A stretch of DNA of 64,000 bases from Firmicutes bacterium CAG:460 (GCA_000437355.1 FR899774.1:114595-178594), one strand, 5' to 3'; counted from the stretch's first letter, positions 36,848 to 47,029 are shown. Numbers and translations: made by a program. The notes: generated from the sequence alone by a model not told the origin.

Positions 36848-37399
36848 ATGAAACTTATTGTGGGATTAGGTAATCCTGACAAAGAATACGATAAGACTAG
36901 ACATAATGTTGGTTTTATGGTAATTGATAATTATTTGGGTAGTGTTAATTGGTCAAATAAGTTTAATGCTTTATATTGTGAAAAAGTAATTAATGGAGAA
37001 AAAATTATTTTTGTTAAACCATTAACATATATGAATAATTCAGGTAATGCAGTAGGAGAATTTGTTAGATATTTTAATATAGATAATAAAGATATTTTAG
37101 TTATTCAAGATGATTTAGATTTAAATGTCGGTGATTATAAATTAAAAATGCATTCTTCAAGTGGGGGTCATAATGGAATTAAATCAATCATTGCATCTTT
37201 AGGTAATCAAGATTTTCCGCGTTTAAAAGTTGGTATTGGAAGTGTTAAAAAAGATGAAGTTATTGATTATGTTCTTGGTAAATTTAGTAAATCTGAGTTA
37301 GAAGTTCTAAATGAACTTTTTAATACTTTTGATAAAATAATTAATTCATTTATAAATGAAGGAATAGATAAAACAATGAATGTTTATAATACTAAATAA
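36848..37399 (+). CDS. pth: Peptidyl-tRNA hydrolase
   Basis: GLGNPDKEYDKTRHNVGF and GGHNGIKS motifs. Confidence 0.96.
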   Translation: MKLIVGLGNPDKEYDKTRHNVGFMVIDNYLGSVNWSNKFNALYCEKVINGEKIIFVKPLTYMNNSGNAVGEFVRYFNIDNKDILVIQDDLDLNVGDYKLKMHSSSGGHNGIKSIIASLGNQDFPRLKVGIGSVKKDEVIDYVLGKFSKSELEVLNELFNTFDKIINSFINEGIDKTMNVYNTK

Positions 37400-37407
37400 G
37401 AGGTAAT

Positions 37408-40400
37408 ATGAATTTTTTAGATGAATATTTTAAATATGAAATTGGTACAGAAATATCTGGTTTAACTCATGAGTTAAACGTTTTTTACGTTCAAAAATTA
37501 TGTGAAAAATATGATAGAAATATAATTGTTCTTACTAGTTCTTTATTTGAAGCTAATAAGATATATGATAGTTTGGTTAAAATACATGATAATACATTAT
37601 TGTTTCCAATGGATGATTTTTTATCTTCGATGATTGTTGCAAGTAGTCCAGAACTTAAGTATAAAAGATTAGAAACTTTAGATAAATTAAAAAGTGATAA
37701 AAAATATATAATTGTTACTAATTTAATGGGGTATTTGAAATATTTACCTAGTGCTAATATTAAAAATTATATAGATATTAAACAAAATGATGTTATTAAA
37801 AGAGATATTTTAGCTGAAGAAATAAATAAATTAGGTTATCATAGAGAGTCTTTGGTTACAATGTCTGGAGAATATGCTGTTCGTGGGTTTATTTTAGATT
37901 TATACCCAATAGATTATGAACATCCAATAAGAATTGAATTTGATGGAAATATTATAGATAATATTAAATATTTTAATGAAAATACCCAAATGTCGACGGA
38001 AGAAACAAATAAAATTAAAATTAAAGCTATTGATGAAATGCCATCAGATGATAAGAATTCTTTATTTGATTATGCTAAAAATCCTTTAGTGGTTTATGTC
38101 GATAAATCTCAAATTGAGGCAACATATACACATTTATATGATGATATTATTGAATATAAAGAAGCAAAAGATATCAAAGAAGATTTAATGTATTCTTTAG
38201 ATGATATTAAAGATAATGATAAAATATTTATTAATTTATTTTCAACTGATGGTATTGATTTAAAAGCCCAAAGTATAATAAATTATAAAGAAAATTTTCT
38301 AAAGTTAGAAAGTGATTATAATAAATGGATTAAAGAAGGAAAAATTGTTTATTTTTATTTAAGTAATAATAATGAAAAGAAACAATTATTAAAAATAATT
38401 CCTAGTGCTCACATTATTATGAAAGAATTAGAACATGGATTTATATTAGATAAATATGTAATTATTTCTGAAAATGATATTGAAGATGTTAAAGTAACTC
38501 ACGGGGTTTATAAAAATAATTTTCATGTTGGTAAAAAAATTAAAGATTTTAATCAATTAGAAAAAGGAGATTATGTAGTTCATATTTCTCATGGTATTGG
38601 TATTTATCAAGGAATTACAACACTTTCTGTTCGTGGAGTTCAAAAAGATTTTTTAACTATTTATTATGAAGGTACAGATAAAATATATGTTCCAGTTGAA
38701 AAAATAGATTTAATATATAAATATACTTGTAAAGATGGTGTTAAACCTAAACTTAATAAGCTTGGAAGTACTAATTGGGAAAAAACTAAGAAATATATTT
38801 CTGAGAAAGTTAAAGATATTTCAAGAGAGTTAATATTACTTTATAAAAAAAGATTAGAATTAAAAAAGAAACCTTATAAAGATTATCCAGAAGAAGAAGT
38901 ATTTGCAAGTGAATTTAAATATAAGTTAACTCCAGACCAAAAAAAGGCTGTTGTGGAAATTAACAATGACTTAAAGAAAGATAATCCAATGGATAGATTA
39001 CTATGTGGGGATGTAGGTTTTGGTAAAACAGAAGTTGCAATGAGAGCAATGTTTAAGGCAGTTTTAAATAATGAACAAGTTTTATATTTGTGTCCAACTA
39101 CAATACTTTCAAAACAACAATATAATGTTGCAAAAGAAAGATTTAAAAATTGGCCGATAGAAATAGCACTTTTAAATCGACATGTAAGTGCACGAGAAAC
39201 TCATAGAATACTTGAGGATTTAAAAAAAGGTAAAATTGATATATTATTTGGGACACATAGAATACTTAGTGATGATATTGTTTGTAAGAATTTAGGTATG
39301 CTTGTAGTTGATGAAGAGCAAAGATTTGGTGTTACCCACAAAGAAAAAATTAAAACTATGAAAAGTGATGTTAATGTTTTGACACTTAGTGCAACTCCGA
39401 TACCTAGAACTTTAAAAATGGCTATGTCTGGCCTTAGAGATTTATCAGTTATTGATACACCTCCAGTTAATAGATATCCAGTTCAAACTTATGTGGCGGT
39501 TGAAGATGATTTTTTAATTAAAGATGCTATTTATAAGGAGCTTGCTAGAAAAGGTCAAATATTTATTCTTTATAATAGGGTGGAAACTATTGAAAAATAT
39601 ATGAACCATATTCATGAGTTAGTGCCTGATGCTAAAATAAATTTTGCACATGGAAAAATGGAAAAAGATGAACTTGATAATATAATGACATCTTTTATAA
39701 ATAATGAATTTGATATTTTGATTTGTACAACAATAATTGAAAGTGGAATTGATATTCCAAATGTAAATACATTAATAATTCATGATGCTGATAATTTTGG
39801 TTTAAGTCAACTTTATCAAATTAGAGGTCGTGTTGGTCGTAGTAATAAAATTGCTTATGCTTATTTAATGTATGAAAAAAATAAAATGTTAAATGATATT
39901 GCCATTAAAAGACTTAATACTATCAAAGAATTTACGGAACTTGGTAGTGGATATAGAATAGCCATGAGGGATTTAAGTTTAAGAGGTGCTGGAGATATAT
40001 TTGGAGCTTCTCAGGCTGGATTTGTTGATAGTGTTGGTATTTCTTTATATATGAAAATGATTGAAGATGAAATTAAACGTCAACAAGGAGAATTTGCCCC
40101 AGAAGAAGATAAAGAAACTCAAGCTTTGATTAATGTAAGTACTCATATTAGTGATACTTATGTAACAGATGAAGATATTAAAATTGAAATACATCAAAAA
40201 ATTAATGAAATTGATTCTTATGAAAAGATGTTAGAAATTAAAAATGAACTTGAAGATAGATTTGGTAAGGTTACTGCTGATATGCTTGTTTATATGTATG
40301 AAGAATGGTTTGAAAAACTAGCTAAGAAATATAATATTAAACAAGTTGTTCAAACTGATAGAAGTATTGAGATTACTTTACCAGAAGATGTATCAAGTAA

Positions 40401-40557
40401 TATTAAAGGCGATAAACTTTTAATTGAAGCTATGAACTTATCAAGAAGTTTTAATATAAAATATGTTAATAAGAAAATTAGTATTTTACTTTATACTAAA
40501 GATTTACCTAAACATTTTATATTTTATATAGTAACTTTACTTGAAAAGATACTTTAA
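37408..40557 (+). CDS. mfd: Transcription-repair coupling factor
   Basis: UvrB-homology N-terminus, CarD-like RNAP-interacting domain, SF2 helicase motifs (GDVGFGKTEV, DEEQRFG), TRG motif. pth-mfd synteny. Confidence 0.96.
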   Translation: MNFLDEYFKYEIGTEISGLTHELNVFYVQKLCEKYDRNIIVLTSSLFEANKIYDSLVKIHDNTLLFPMDDFLSSMIVASSPELKYKRLETLDKLKSDKKYIIVTNLMGYLKYLPSANIKNYIDIKQNDVIKRDILAEEINKLGYHRESLVTMSGEYAVRGFILDLYPIDYEHPIRIEFDGNIIDNIKYFNENTQMSTEETNKIKIKAIDEMPSDDKNSLFDYAKNPLVVYVDKSQIEATYTHLYDDIIEYKEAKDIKEDLMYSLDDIKDNDKIFINLFSTDGIDLKAQSIINYKENFLKLESDYNKWIKEGKIVYFYLSNNNEKKQLLKIIPSAHIIMKELEHGFILDKYVIISENDIEDVKVTHGVYKNNFHVGKKIKDFNQLEKGDYVVHISHGIGIYQGITTLSVRGVQKDFLTIYYEGTDKIYVPVEKIDLIYKYTCKDGVKPKLNKLGSTNWEKTKKYISEKVKDISRELILLYKKRLELKKKPYKDYPEEEVFASEFKYKLTPDQKKAVVEINNDLKKDNPMDRLLCGDVGFGKTEVAMRAMFKAVLNNEQVLYLCPTTILSKQQYNVAKERFKNWPIEIALLNRHVSARETHRILEDLKKGKIDILFGTHRILSDDIVCKNLGMLVVDEEQRFGVTHKEKIKTMKSDVNVLTLSATPIPRTLKMAMSGLRDLSVIDTPPVNRYPVQTYVAVEDDFLIKDAIYKELARKGQIFILYNRVETIEKYMNHIHELVPDAKINFAHGKMEKDELDNIMTSFINNEFDILICTTIIESGIDIPNVNTLIIHDADNFGLSQLYQIRGRVGRSNKIAYAYLMYEKNKMLNDIAIKRLNTIKEFTELGSGYRIAMRDLSLRGAGDIFGASQAGFVDSVGISLYMKMIEDEIKRQQGEFAPEEDKETQALINVSTHISDTYVTDEDIKIEIHQKINEIDSYEKMLEIKNELEDRFGKVTADMLVYMYEEWFEKLAKKYNIKQVVQTDRSIEITLPEDVSSNIKGDKLLIEAMNLSRSFNIKYVNKKISILLYTKDLPKHFIFYIVTLLEKIL

Positions 40558-40611
40558 TACATAAAAAATTCAATTTGCTCCACAATAATTAATGAAGTGG
40601 AGTGAATTTTT

Positions 40612-41124
40612 TTGAAACAAACTGGTGTAACAAGAAAAATAGATGAACTTGGAAGAATAGTTATTCCTAAGGAAATTAGAAAGAATTTGGGGATTAGAGA
40701 TGGTGAGGCTTTAGAAATATTTACTAGTGAAGATAGTATAATATTAAAAAAATATTTTGAGGTTAGAAAATATGAAGATTTAAGTAGTAAGTTATGTGAA
40801 CTTATTAAGAATATTTATAATGTTGATTTAGTAATTACAGATAGAGAAAAGGTGATTACTTCATCAAATAAAGAAATTGTGGAAAACACTAAACTTAATA
40901 ACAAATTTTTAGAACTTATTGATAATAGAGAAATGTTTATAAGTAGAGAGTTATTAACAATAAATTTTGGAATAGATGTAAGTGGTTATTTTACAGTAAT
41001 ACCAATTATTGCATCGAGTGATTCATTGGGGCTTGTTATTTTAATAAGTGCAAATGGAAGTGACTATACTGCTTTAGGAAAGTTACTAGCCAAGATTATT
41101 GCTGATAAAATTGATATATTTTAA
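40612..41124 (+). CDS. spoVT: Stage V sporulation transcription regulator SpoVT (AbrB family)
   Basis: SpoVT/AbrB swapped-hairpin N-terminus TGVTRKIDELGRIVIPKEIRKNLGIRDGEALEIF plus a GAF-like C-terminal domain. TTG start with GGAGTGA SD. Confidence 0.88.
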   Translation: MKQTGVTRKIDELGRIVIPKEIRKNLGIRDGEALEIFTSEDSIILKKYFEVRKYEDLSSKLCELIKNIYNVDLVITDREKVITSSNKEIVENTKLNNKFLELIDNREMFISRELLTINFGIDVSGYFTVIPIIASSDSLGLVILISANGSDYTALGKLLAKIIADKIDIF

Positions 41125-41149
41125 CTTGAATTAATTGTTAATATGTGTT

Positions 41150-41360
41150 AAACTATGTTTAGTTTAACGAAGAAGGAAAGAGTAGGTATCTTAGTTTCAT
41201 AGAGATTTCTTGGTTGGTGGAAAAGAAAAAATGAAGATATACGAACATGGCTCTGGAGTTAAAATCGGGTAATTACGTTAAAGATTTTAAGTTGCATGAT
41301 AAATCATGAATTAAGGTGGTACCGCGGGTTATACTCGTCCTTAGTTTGTGATTTTTTTAT
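41150..41360 (+). promoter_or_regulatory. T-box leader (tRNA-sensing riboswitch), probable Met specifier
   Basis: AGAGA box and GGUGG distal region (41201-41220). Candidate specifier AUG followed by A at 41231-41234. F-box-like ACGUUA. T-box AAGGTGGTACCGCG at 41313-41326. Terminator arms 41301-41316 and 41339-41354 compete with the AAGG/CCTT antiterminator, and a T-run follows. Confidence 0.75.
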
Positions 41361-41370
41361 TGGAGGAAAT

Positions 41371-41868
41371 ATGAGAAAGTTTGAGAAAATAAGTTATCCT
41401 GAATTTGTTAAAGTCTTTGGTGATAATAAAACTTTATATGATGATTATATGCTCCCTTTAAGAGGGACAAAGTATAGTGCAGGTTATGATTTTTTTGCTA
41501 TAAAAGATTATGTTATAAAACCAAATGAAATTTTAAAAATACCAACTGGTTACAAAGCAACATTTGAAAGTGATGAAATGCTAATGATTGTAGTTAGAAG
41601 TAGCATGGGTTTTAAATATAATGTTAGACTTACAAATCAGGTGGGAATAATTGAAAGTGATTATTATAATAATCCAGATAATGAAGGACATATGTGGGTA
41701 TGTCTTCAAAATCATGGAGATAAAGAATATATAATTAATAAAGGAGATGCTTATGCTCAAGGGATTTTTGTTAAATTTTTAACAACGGATGATGATTGTG
41801 TTAATAAAACAAGAGTTGGCGGGCTAGGCAGTACAAATAAAAAGAAAGAAGGAAATGAAAATGAATAA
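41371..41868 (+). CDS. dut: dUTP diphosphatase (trimeric dUTPase family)
   Basis: Motifs SAGYDF, VRSSMG, GIIESDYY and C-terminal RVGGLGST. ATG at 41371 with GGAGG SD; the track ORF start lies in the T-box leader. Confidence 0.8.
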   Translation: MRKFEKISYPEFVKVFGDNKTLYDDYMLPLRGTKYSAGYDFFAIKDYVIKPNEILKIPTGYKATFESDEMLMIVVRSSMGFKYNVRLTNQVGIIESDYYNNPDNEGHMWVCLQNHGDKEYIINKGDAYAQGIFVKFLTTDDDCVNKTRVGGLGSTNKKKEGNENE

Positions 41869-43393
41869 AAAATATTATATTACTACACCAATATATTATC
41901 CAAGTGCGGATTTTCATATTGGACATTGTTATACAACTATTATTGCAGATGCTATTGCAAGATATAAAAGATTAAATGGTTATGATGTGTTTTTCCAAAC
42001 AGGAACTGATGAACACGGAGCAAAAATTGAACAAAAAGCTAAAGATGCTGGTGTTACCCCAAAAGAATATGTTGATGTTATAATTGAAAATGCTAAAAAT
42101 TTATGGAAAAGTTTAAATATCTCATATGATTATTTTATTAGAACAACTGATGAAAATCACGTAAAAGCTGTTCAAAAAATATTTAGAAAATTATATGACC
42201 AAGGAGATATTTATAAAGGTTCTTATGAAGGACTTTATTGTGTTCCTTGTGAATCTTTTTGGACAGAAACTCAACTTGTTGATGGTAAATGTCCAGATTG
42301 TGGTCGTGAAGTTAAAACTGTTACTGAAGAAGCTTATTTCTTTAAGTTATCTAAGTATCAAGATAAATTAATTGAATTATATGATAAAAATCCAGAATTT
42401 ATTTTACCAGTTTCAAGAAAAAATGAACTTGTAAATAACTTCATTAAACCAGGACTTGAAGACTTATGTGTTTCAAGAACTTCAGTTAAATGGGGAATTC
42501 CTGTAGATTTTGACCCAAAACATGTTATTTATGTATGGATTGATGCTTTATCAAACTATATTACATCATTAGGTTATCCAGATGAAAATGCTCCATTGTT
42601 TAAAAAATATTGGCCAGCAGACCTACATTTAGTAGGTAAAGAAATCACAAGATTTCATGCTATTATTTGGCCAGCACTTCTTATGGCTTTAGGAATTGAA
42701 ATACCTCATCAAGTGTTTGGTCATGGATGGTTAATTATTAATGGCGGTAAAATTTCTAAATCATTAGGAAACTATAAAGACCCAAGAGAATATATTGATG
42801 CTTATGGAGTTGATGCCGTTAGATATTTTGCTTTAAGAGAGGTATCTTTTGGTAGTGATGGCGCTTTCTCTGAAGAAGCATTAATTAATAGAACAAATGC
42901 TGATTTGGTAAATAACTTAGGAAATTTAGTTAATAGAACTATAAGTATGAGCCATAAATACTTTGATGGTGTGGTAGAAAATCCAAAAGTAAATGAAGAA
43001 ATAGATAATGATTTAATTAGTGCTGTTACAAGTTTAAAAGCAAAAGTTGATGAAAAAATGGCTGGTTTAAAAGTAAATGAAGCTTTAGAAGAAATATTTG
43101 AAGTATTAAAAAGATGTAATAAATATATTGATGAAACTACACCATGGATACTTGCTAAAGATGAAACAAAACATGATAGATTAAAAACAGTTTTATATAA
43201 TATCTTAGAAGGTATTAGAGTATGTGCTATACTTCTTGAACCATTTATTAATGTTACAAGTGAAAAGATATTAAATGAACTTAATACAAATGAAAGAAGT
43301 ATTGAAAGCATAAGTGATTTTGGTAATTTAGAATGTGGAATTACTTTAAATAAGCCAGAAATATTATTTAATAGGATTGAGATTAATGAATAA
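41861..43393 (+). CDS. metG: Methionine-tRNA ligase (short form)
   Basis: HIGH (ADFHIGH), KISKS, zinc knuckles CVPCESF..CPDCG. ATG at 41861 has better SD spacing than 41855. Confidence 0.95.
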   Translation: MNKKYYITTPIYYPSADFHIGHCYTTIIADAIARYKRLNGYDVFFQTGTDEHGAKIEQKAKDAGVTPKEYVDVIIENAKNLWKSLNISYDYFIRTTDENHVKAVQKIFRKLYDQGDIYKGSYEGLYCVPCESFWTETQLVDGKCPDCGREVKTVTEEAYFFKLSKYQDKLIELYDKNPEFILPVSRKNELVNNFIKPGLEDLCVSRTSVKWGIPVDFDPKHVIYVWIDALSNYITSLGYPDENAPLFKKYWPADLHLVGKEITRFHAIIWPALLMALGIEIPHQVFGHGWLIINGGKISKSLGNYKDPREYIDAYGVDAVRYFALREVSFGSDGAFSEEALINRTNADLVNNLGNLVNRTISMSHKYFDGVVENPKVNEEIDNDLISAVTSLKAKVDEKMAGLKVNEALEEIFEVLKRCNKYIDETTPWILAKDETKHDRLKTVLYNILEGIRVCAILLEPFINVTSEKILNELNTNERSIESISDFGNLECGITLNKPEILFNRIEINE

Positions 43394-44156
43394 TTATTTT
43401 GTTGATACACATTGTCATGTATTTAAATCTGATTATGAAAATATAGATGAAGTTTTAAAAAATGCAAGTAATAATCATATAAAATATGTCATTAATAATG
43501 GAAGCAATAATGAATTTAATAAAGAAGTATTAGATTTAATTGAAAAATATCCAAATATGTATGGTGCAATTGGAATTCATCCAGAAGATGTTGATGGTGC
43601 AACACAAGAAGATATTAAGTTTATTGAAGTTAATTTAAGTAATGAAAAAATTGTTGCAATTGGTGAAATTGGATTGGATTATTATTATACAAAAGAAAAT
43701 AAAGAGAAACAAATAAAGTTATTTGAAACACAGTTAGCTTTAGCAGAAAAATATAATATACCTGTAATTGTTCACTCTAGGGATGCAACTGAAGATACAA
43801 TTAATTCTTTAAAGAAATTTAAATGTAAAGGTGTAATTCATTCTTTTTCTGGTAGTTTAGAAACTGCAAAAATTTATATTAAAATGGGTTATTTATTGGG
43901 GGTAAATGGAGTTATTACATTTAAAAATGCTAAGATAAAAGACGTAATTAAAGAAGTTGGACTTGAAAATGTTGTTTTAGAGACTGATAGTCCATACCTT
44001 ACTCCAGAACCTTTTAGGGGTAAACAAAATAATCCTGGACATGTATTTGAGGTTGCTAAGTTTGTAGCTGATTTATATAATATTTCATTAGAAGAGTTAG
44101 CAGAACAAACGAATAAAAATATTACAAATATGTATAAAAAGATGAAGTTAGATTAA
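43386..44156 (+). CDS. tatD: TatD-family metal-dependent hydrolase (YabD)
   Basis: DTHCH, GEIGLDY, HSRD, H..SG, ETDSPYL motifs. ATG at 43386 overlaps the metG stop. Confidence 0.92.
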   Translation: MNNYFVDTHCHVFKSDYENIDEVLKNASNNHIKYVINNGSNNEFNKEVLDLIEKYPNMYGAIGIHPEDVDGATQEDIKFIEVNLSNEKIVAIGEIGLDYYYTKENKEKQIKLFETQLALAEKYNIPVIVHSRDATEDTINSLKKFKCKGVIHSFSGSLETAKIYIKMGYLLGVNGVITFKNAKIKDVIKEVGLENVVLETDSPYLTPEPFRGKQNNPGHVFEVAKFVADLYNISLEELAEQTNKNITNMYKKMKLD

Positions 44157-44301
44157 TTCTTAACTTCATCTTTTTCTGACTAATTTAAAGTGAGTACCCT
44201 GACTAATTCAAAGTTTAAATGATTTTCTGTAAAATATTGTCAATTGCTTTATTACTATATTAATGTTATAATTTAGGTATCCAGTGAGAGGTGGATATTG
44301 A

Positions 44302-44829
44302 ATGAAAGTAGTAAATTATTTCGTTAGAATGTCAATTGTTATATTTATGCTTATTATTGCTAAAAGTAGTTCTGATATAAAAATGGCTGTTGTTGAAAAT
44401 GATAATTTAAATAAAACTGTTAATATTACAACAATGGCTATGAAAATAATGGAAGTTGAAGATGTTATAAAATATACTCCGATAGCTACATATACTGGAG
44501 ATTTAACTGGTTATGCCTATAATTGTCCATTATGTAATGGTACTCTTGGGTGTATGCCAAAATATAATATTAAAGATGGAACAACTACATATAAAGATTA
44601 TGAATATGGTGAAGTTAAAATTGTTGCTTCAAGTAAGAATTTAGCTTGTGGTTCTATTGTTAGATTTAACAGTAGCAGAGTTGGTGAAGGTGAACAATTT
44701 GCAATAGTACTTGACCGTGGTGTTGGAGGTTATGCACTTGATTTACTTACACCGAGTGAAGATTATGCTTCTAGATATATTGGAAGAAGTCAAATAACAT
44801 ATGATGTTTTAAGGAGCGGGTGGGAATAA
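44302..44829 (+). CDS. 3D-domain (RlpA/MltA-like double-psi beta-barrel) secreted protein, YabE-like
   Basis: Signal anchor. C-terminal TGYAYNCPLC..VKIVASS..CGSIVRF..FAIVLDRGVGGYALDLL with the conserved Asp residues. The slot between tatD and rsmA matches Bacillus yabE. Confidence 0.55.
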   Translation: MKVVNYFVRMSIVIFMLIIAKSSSDIKMAVVENDNLNKTVNITTMAMKIMEVEDVIKYTPIATYTGDLTGYAYNCPLCNGTLGCMPKYNIKDGTTTYKDYEYGEVKIVASSKNLACGSIVRFNSSRVGEGEQFAIVLDRGVGGYALDLLTPSEDYASRYIGRSQITYDVLRSGWE

Positions 44830-44848
44830 ACCCCATCCGAATTTTTTT
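44817..44848 (+). terminator. Rho-independent terminator ending at the rsmA start codon
   Basis: CGGGTGGG-aataaac-CCCATCCG (8 bp including one G:U), then AATTTTTTT. The ATG of rsmA follows immediately. Confidence 0.75.
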
Positions 44849-45628
44849 ATGAAAGCAAAAAAGAGTTTAGGACAAAATTTTTTAATAGATGATGAAGTAA
44901 TCAATAAAATAATTGATGAAGTTTCAGCATGCAAAGATGATTTAATTATTGAAATTGGCCCAGGTAGAGGAGCCCTTACAAGTAAGCTTAAAAATAAAGA
45001 ATGTAATGTAATTGCATATGAACTAGATAGAGATTTATGTAATATATTAAAAAGGTTTGAAGATGATAAATTACATGTAATTTATGGTGATTTTTTAAAA
45101 AGTAATATAAAAGAAGATATAAAAAATATTAAATATAATAATTTGTATTTAGTTGGCAATCTTCCTTATTATATTACAACACCGATTATAGAACATATTA
45201 TTGATGAAAATATAGAGTTTAGTAAGTTTACTATAATGATACAAAAAGAAGTTGCTGATAGATTTATGGCTAAGGTTGGCACAAAAGAATATGGTTATAT
45301 TACTTTAGTTTTAAAATATTATTTTGATATAAGTAAAGTTTGTGATGTATCTAAGTATGCGTTTAATCCAGTTCCTAAAGTAAAAAGTAGTGTTATTAGT
45401 TTTGTACCCAAAAAAGAAAAAATAGATATTGATGTAGAAGGATATTTTAAGTTTTTAAAAAATATATTTAGACAAAAAAGGAAGAATGTTAGAAATAATT
45501 TAAATGGTTTATATGACTTAGATAAGGTCTTGGAAGTGTTAAGTAAATATAATTTAGATTTAAGTGTTAGAGCAGAAGGATTATCTGAAGAAATATTAAT
45601 GGATATTTATAAAAATGTTACTCGTTAG
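44849..45628 (+). CDS. rsmA: 16S rRNA (adenine1518/1519-N6)-dimethyltransferase
   Basis: KKSLGQNFL, EIGPGRGALT, GNLPYYITTPI. Confidence 0.95.
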   Translation: MKAKKSLGQNFLIDDEVINKIIDEVSACKDDLIIEIGPGRGALTSKLKNKECNVIAYELDRDLCNILKRFEDDKLHVIYGDFLKSNIKEDIKNIKYNNLYLVGNLPYYITTPIIEHIIDENIEFSKFTIMIQKEVADRFMAKVGTKEYGYITLVLKYYFDISKVCDVSKYAFNPVPKVKSSVISFVPKKEKIDIDVEGYFKFLKNIFRQKRKNVRNNLNGLYDLDKVLEVLSKYNLDLSVRAEGLSEEILMDIYKNVTR

Positions 45629-45661
45629 AGTAATTTTTTTGTGTTTTTATCATAAACTTTA

Positions 45662-46453
45662 ATGGTGATATTTATTTTGAATATAGAAAAAGGTGATTAT
45701 GTAACTAGAAATAGTTATAATAATGATACTGTTTTTAAAGTAATTAATATTAAAAATGGCATTTATTATTTAAAAGGCGTAGAAGTAAGATTAGTTGCTG
45801 ATGCAGAAGTAACTGACTTAAGAAAAGAAGAAAATATAAATGAAGAAGATGTAATTGATGATATTGATTTATTAGAAGATAATTTAAATAGAGGAGAATT
45901 TTTTTATTTACCAGCGAAAGCTTTACATATTGACTCAGATGAAGAATATTTATCGAGATGTTTAAAATTTTATAAAAGAAATGGTATTATGGCAGTGGGT
46001 AAAAAAATTAATGAAAAAAATGTGTATGAACAATTACCAATGCTTTTAAAAGAATTTAAACCTGATATTGTTGTAATTACTGGACATGATGCTTATTACA
46101 GAAAAAAAGGAGATGCTAAAGATATTAAAAATTATAAGAATTCTCTTTATTTTGTTAAAGCTGTAAAGGCTGCGAGAAATTATGAAAAAAGTCATGAAAA
46201 ATTAGTCATTATTGCTGGAGCATGTCAAAGTGATTATGAAGAACTAATTAAAGCAGGAGCTAATTTTGCATCAAGTCCTAAAAGAGTTAATATACATGCC
46301 TTGGACCCAGCGATTATTGCAAGTACAGTAGCTTTAACAGAGAGAAATAAAGAAATTGATTTGAAAAAATTACTTGAGAAAACTAAATATAAAGAAGATG
46401 GAATGGGAGGTCTTATTTGTAATGGCCTTATGTATGTTGGGTATCCAAGATAA
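45662..46453 (+). CDS. yabG: Sporulation-specific protease YabG (peptidase U57)
   Basis: GDYVTRNSYNNDTVFKV.. N-terminus, VVITGHDAY and AGACQS motifs, synteny after rsmA. TTG at 45677 is an equally plausible start. Confidence 0.85.
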   Translation: MVIFILNIEKGDYVTRNSYNNDTVFKVINIKNGIYYLKGVEVRLVADAEVTDLRKEENINEEDVIDDIDLLEDNLNRGEFFYLPAKALHIDSDEEYLSRCLKFYKRNGIMAVGKKINEKNVYEQLPMLLKEFKPDIVVITGHDAYYRKKGDAKDIKNYKNSLYFVKAVKAARNYEKSHEKLVIIAGACQSDYEELIKAGANFASSPKRVNIHALDPAIIASTVALTERNKEIDLKKLLEKTKYKEDGMGGLICNGLMYVGYPR

Positions 46454-46462
46454 GGAGAGATA

Positions 46463-46675
46463 ATGAATATAAATATAATTAAACATGAGATACATAGTAA
46501 ATTAAATAGAAAAGTTATGGTATCTGTTTATGGAATGCGAAATAGAGTTAGTAGATTAGAAGGAATTTTATATAAAACATATCCTAATTTGTTTACAGTT
46601 TTAGTGGATGGAGAAGAAAAAAGTTTTTGTTATAGAGATGTTATAACTGGAGATGTAAAAATAAAATATTTATAA
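46463..46675 (+). CDS. veg: Veg protein
   Basis: 70 aa, RLEGILYKTYPNLFTV core, synteny yabG-veg. Confidence 0.85.
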   Translation: MNINIIKHEIHSKLNRKVMVSVYGMRNRVSRLEGILYKTYPNLFTVLVDGEEKSFCYRDVITGDVKIKYL

Positions 46676-46753
46676 ATTATTAAAAATATCTTGCAAAAAT
46701 TAAAATAATGTTTTACAATTAAGTTAGTAATACATCATAAGGAGGTTAAGATT

Positions 46754-47029
46754 ATGGAAATTACAAAACTAGAAATTTATAGAAGAGAAAAGGAAGGTTC
46801 AAGACTAAAAGCTTTTGTTGATTTTACCCTAGATGATTGCTTAGCAGTAAGAGGGGCTAAAATTATTGAAGGAAATTCAAGAGTATTTGTTTCTATGCCT
46901 GGTAAATTAAATAAAGAAGGTAAAGAAGAAAATGTTGTTTTTCCAACTAATAAAGAAACTAGAGATAAATTTGAAAAAGTTATATTAGATGAATATAATA
47001 AACTATTAGATAAGGAAGTTAGTGAATAA
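46754..47029 (+). CDS. spoVG: Septation/regulatory protein SpoVG
   Basis: MEITKLEIYRREKEGSRLKAFVDFTLDDCLAVRGAKIIEG..FVSMP is the canonical SpoVG N-terminal domain. Terminator GAAGTT/AACTTC plus T-run at 47015-47039. Confidence 0.93.
   Translation: MEITKLEIYRREKEGSRLKAFVDFTLDDCLAVRGAKIIEGNSRVFVSMPGKLNKEGKEENVVFPTNKETRDKFEKVILDEYNKLLDKEVSE

Noticed and set aside
42802-43410. A 202-aa ORF antisense to metG. Similar long antisense or alternative-frame ORFs occur at 682-1140, 3705-3938, 6087-6269, 7877-8083, 9108-9320, 10340-10531, 11940-12452, 14674-14856, 18379-18564, 18784-18969, 22134-22412, 25676-25894, 26433-26618, 29121-29441, 48812-49048, 49957-50193, 53323-53598, 54911-55243, 56255-56467, 56520-56729 and 60091-60303.
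   Set aside because: All lie entirely within well-supported conserved genes. They have low-complexity Leu/Ser/Phe/Ile-rich translations and no SD. They are typical shadow ORFs of AT-rich coding DNA.
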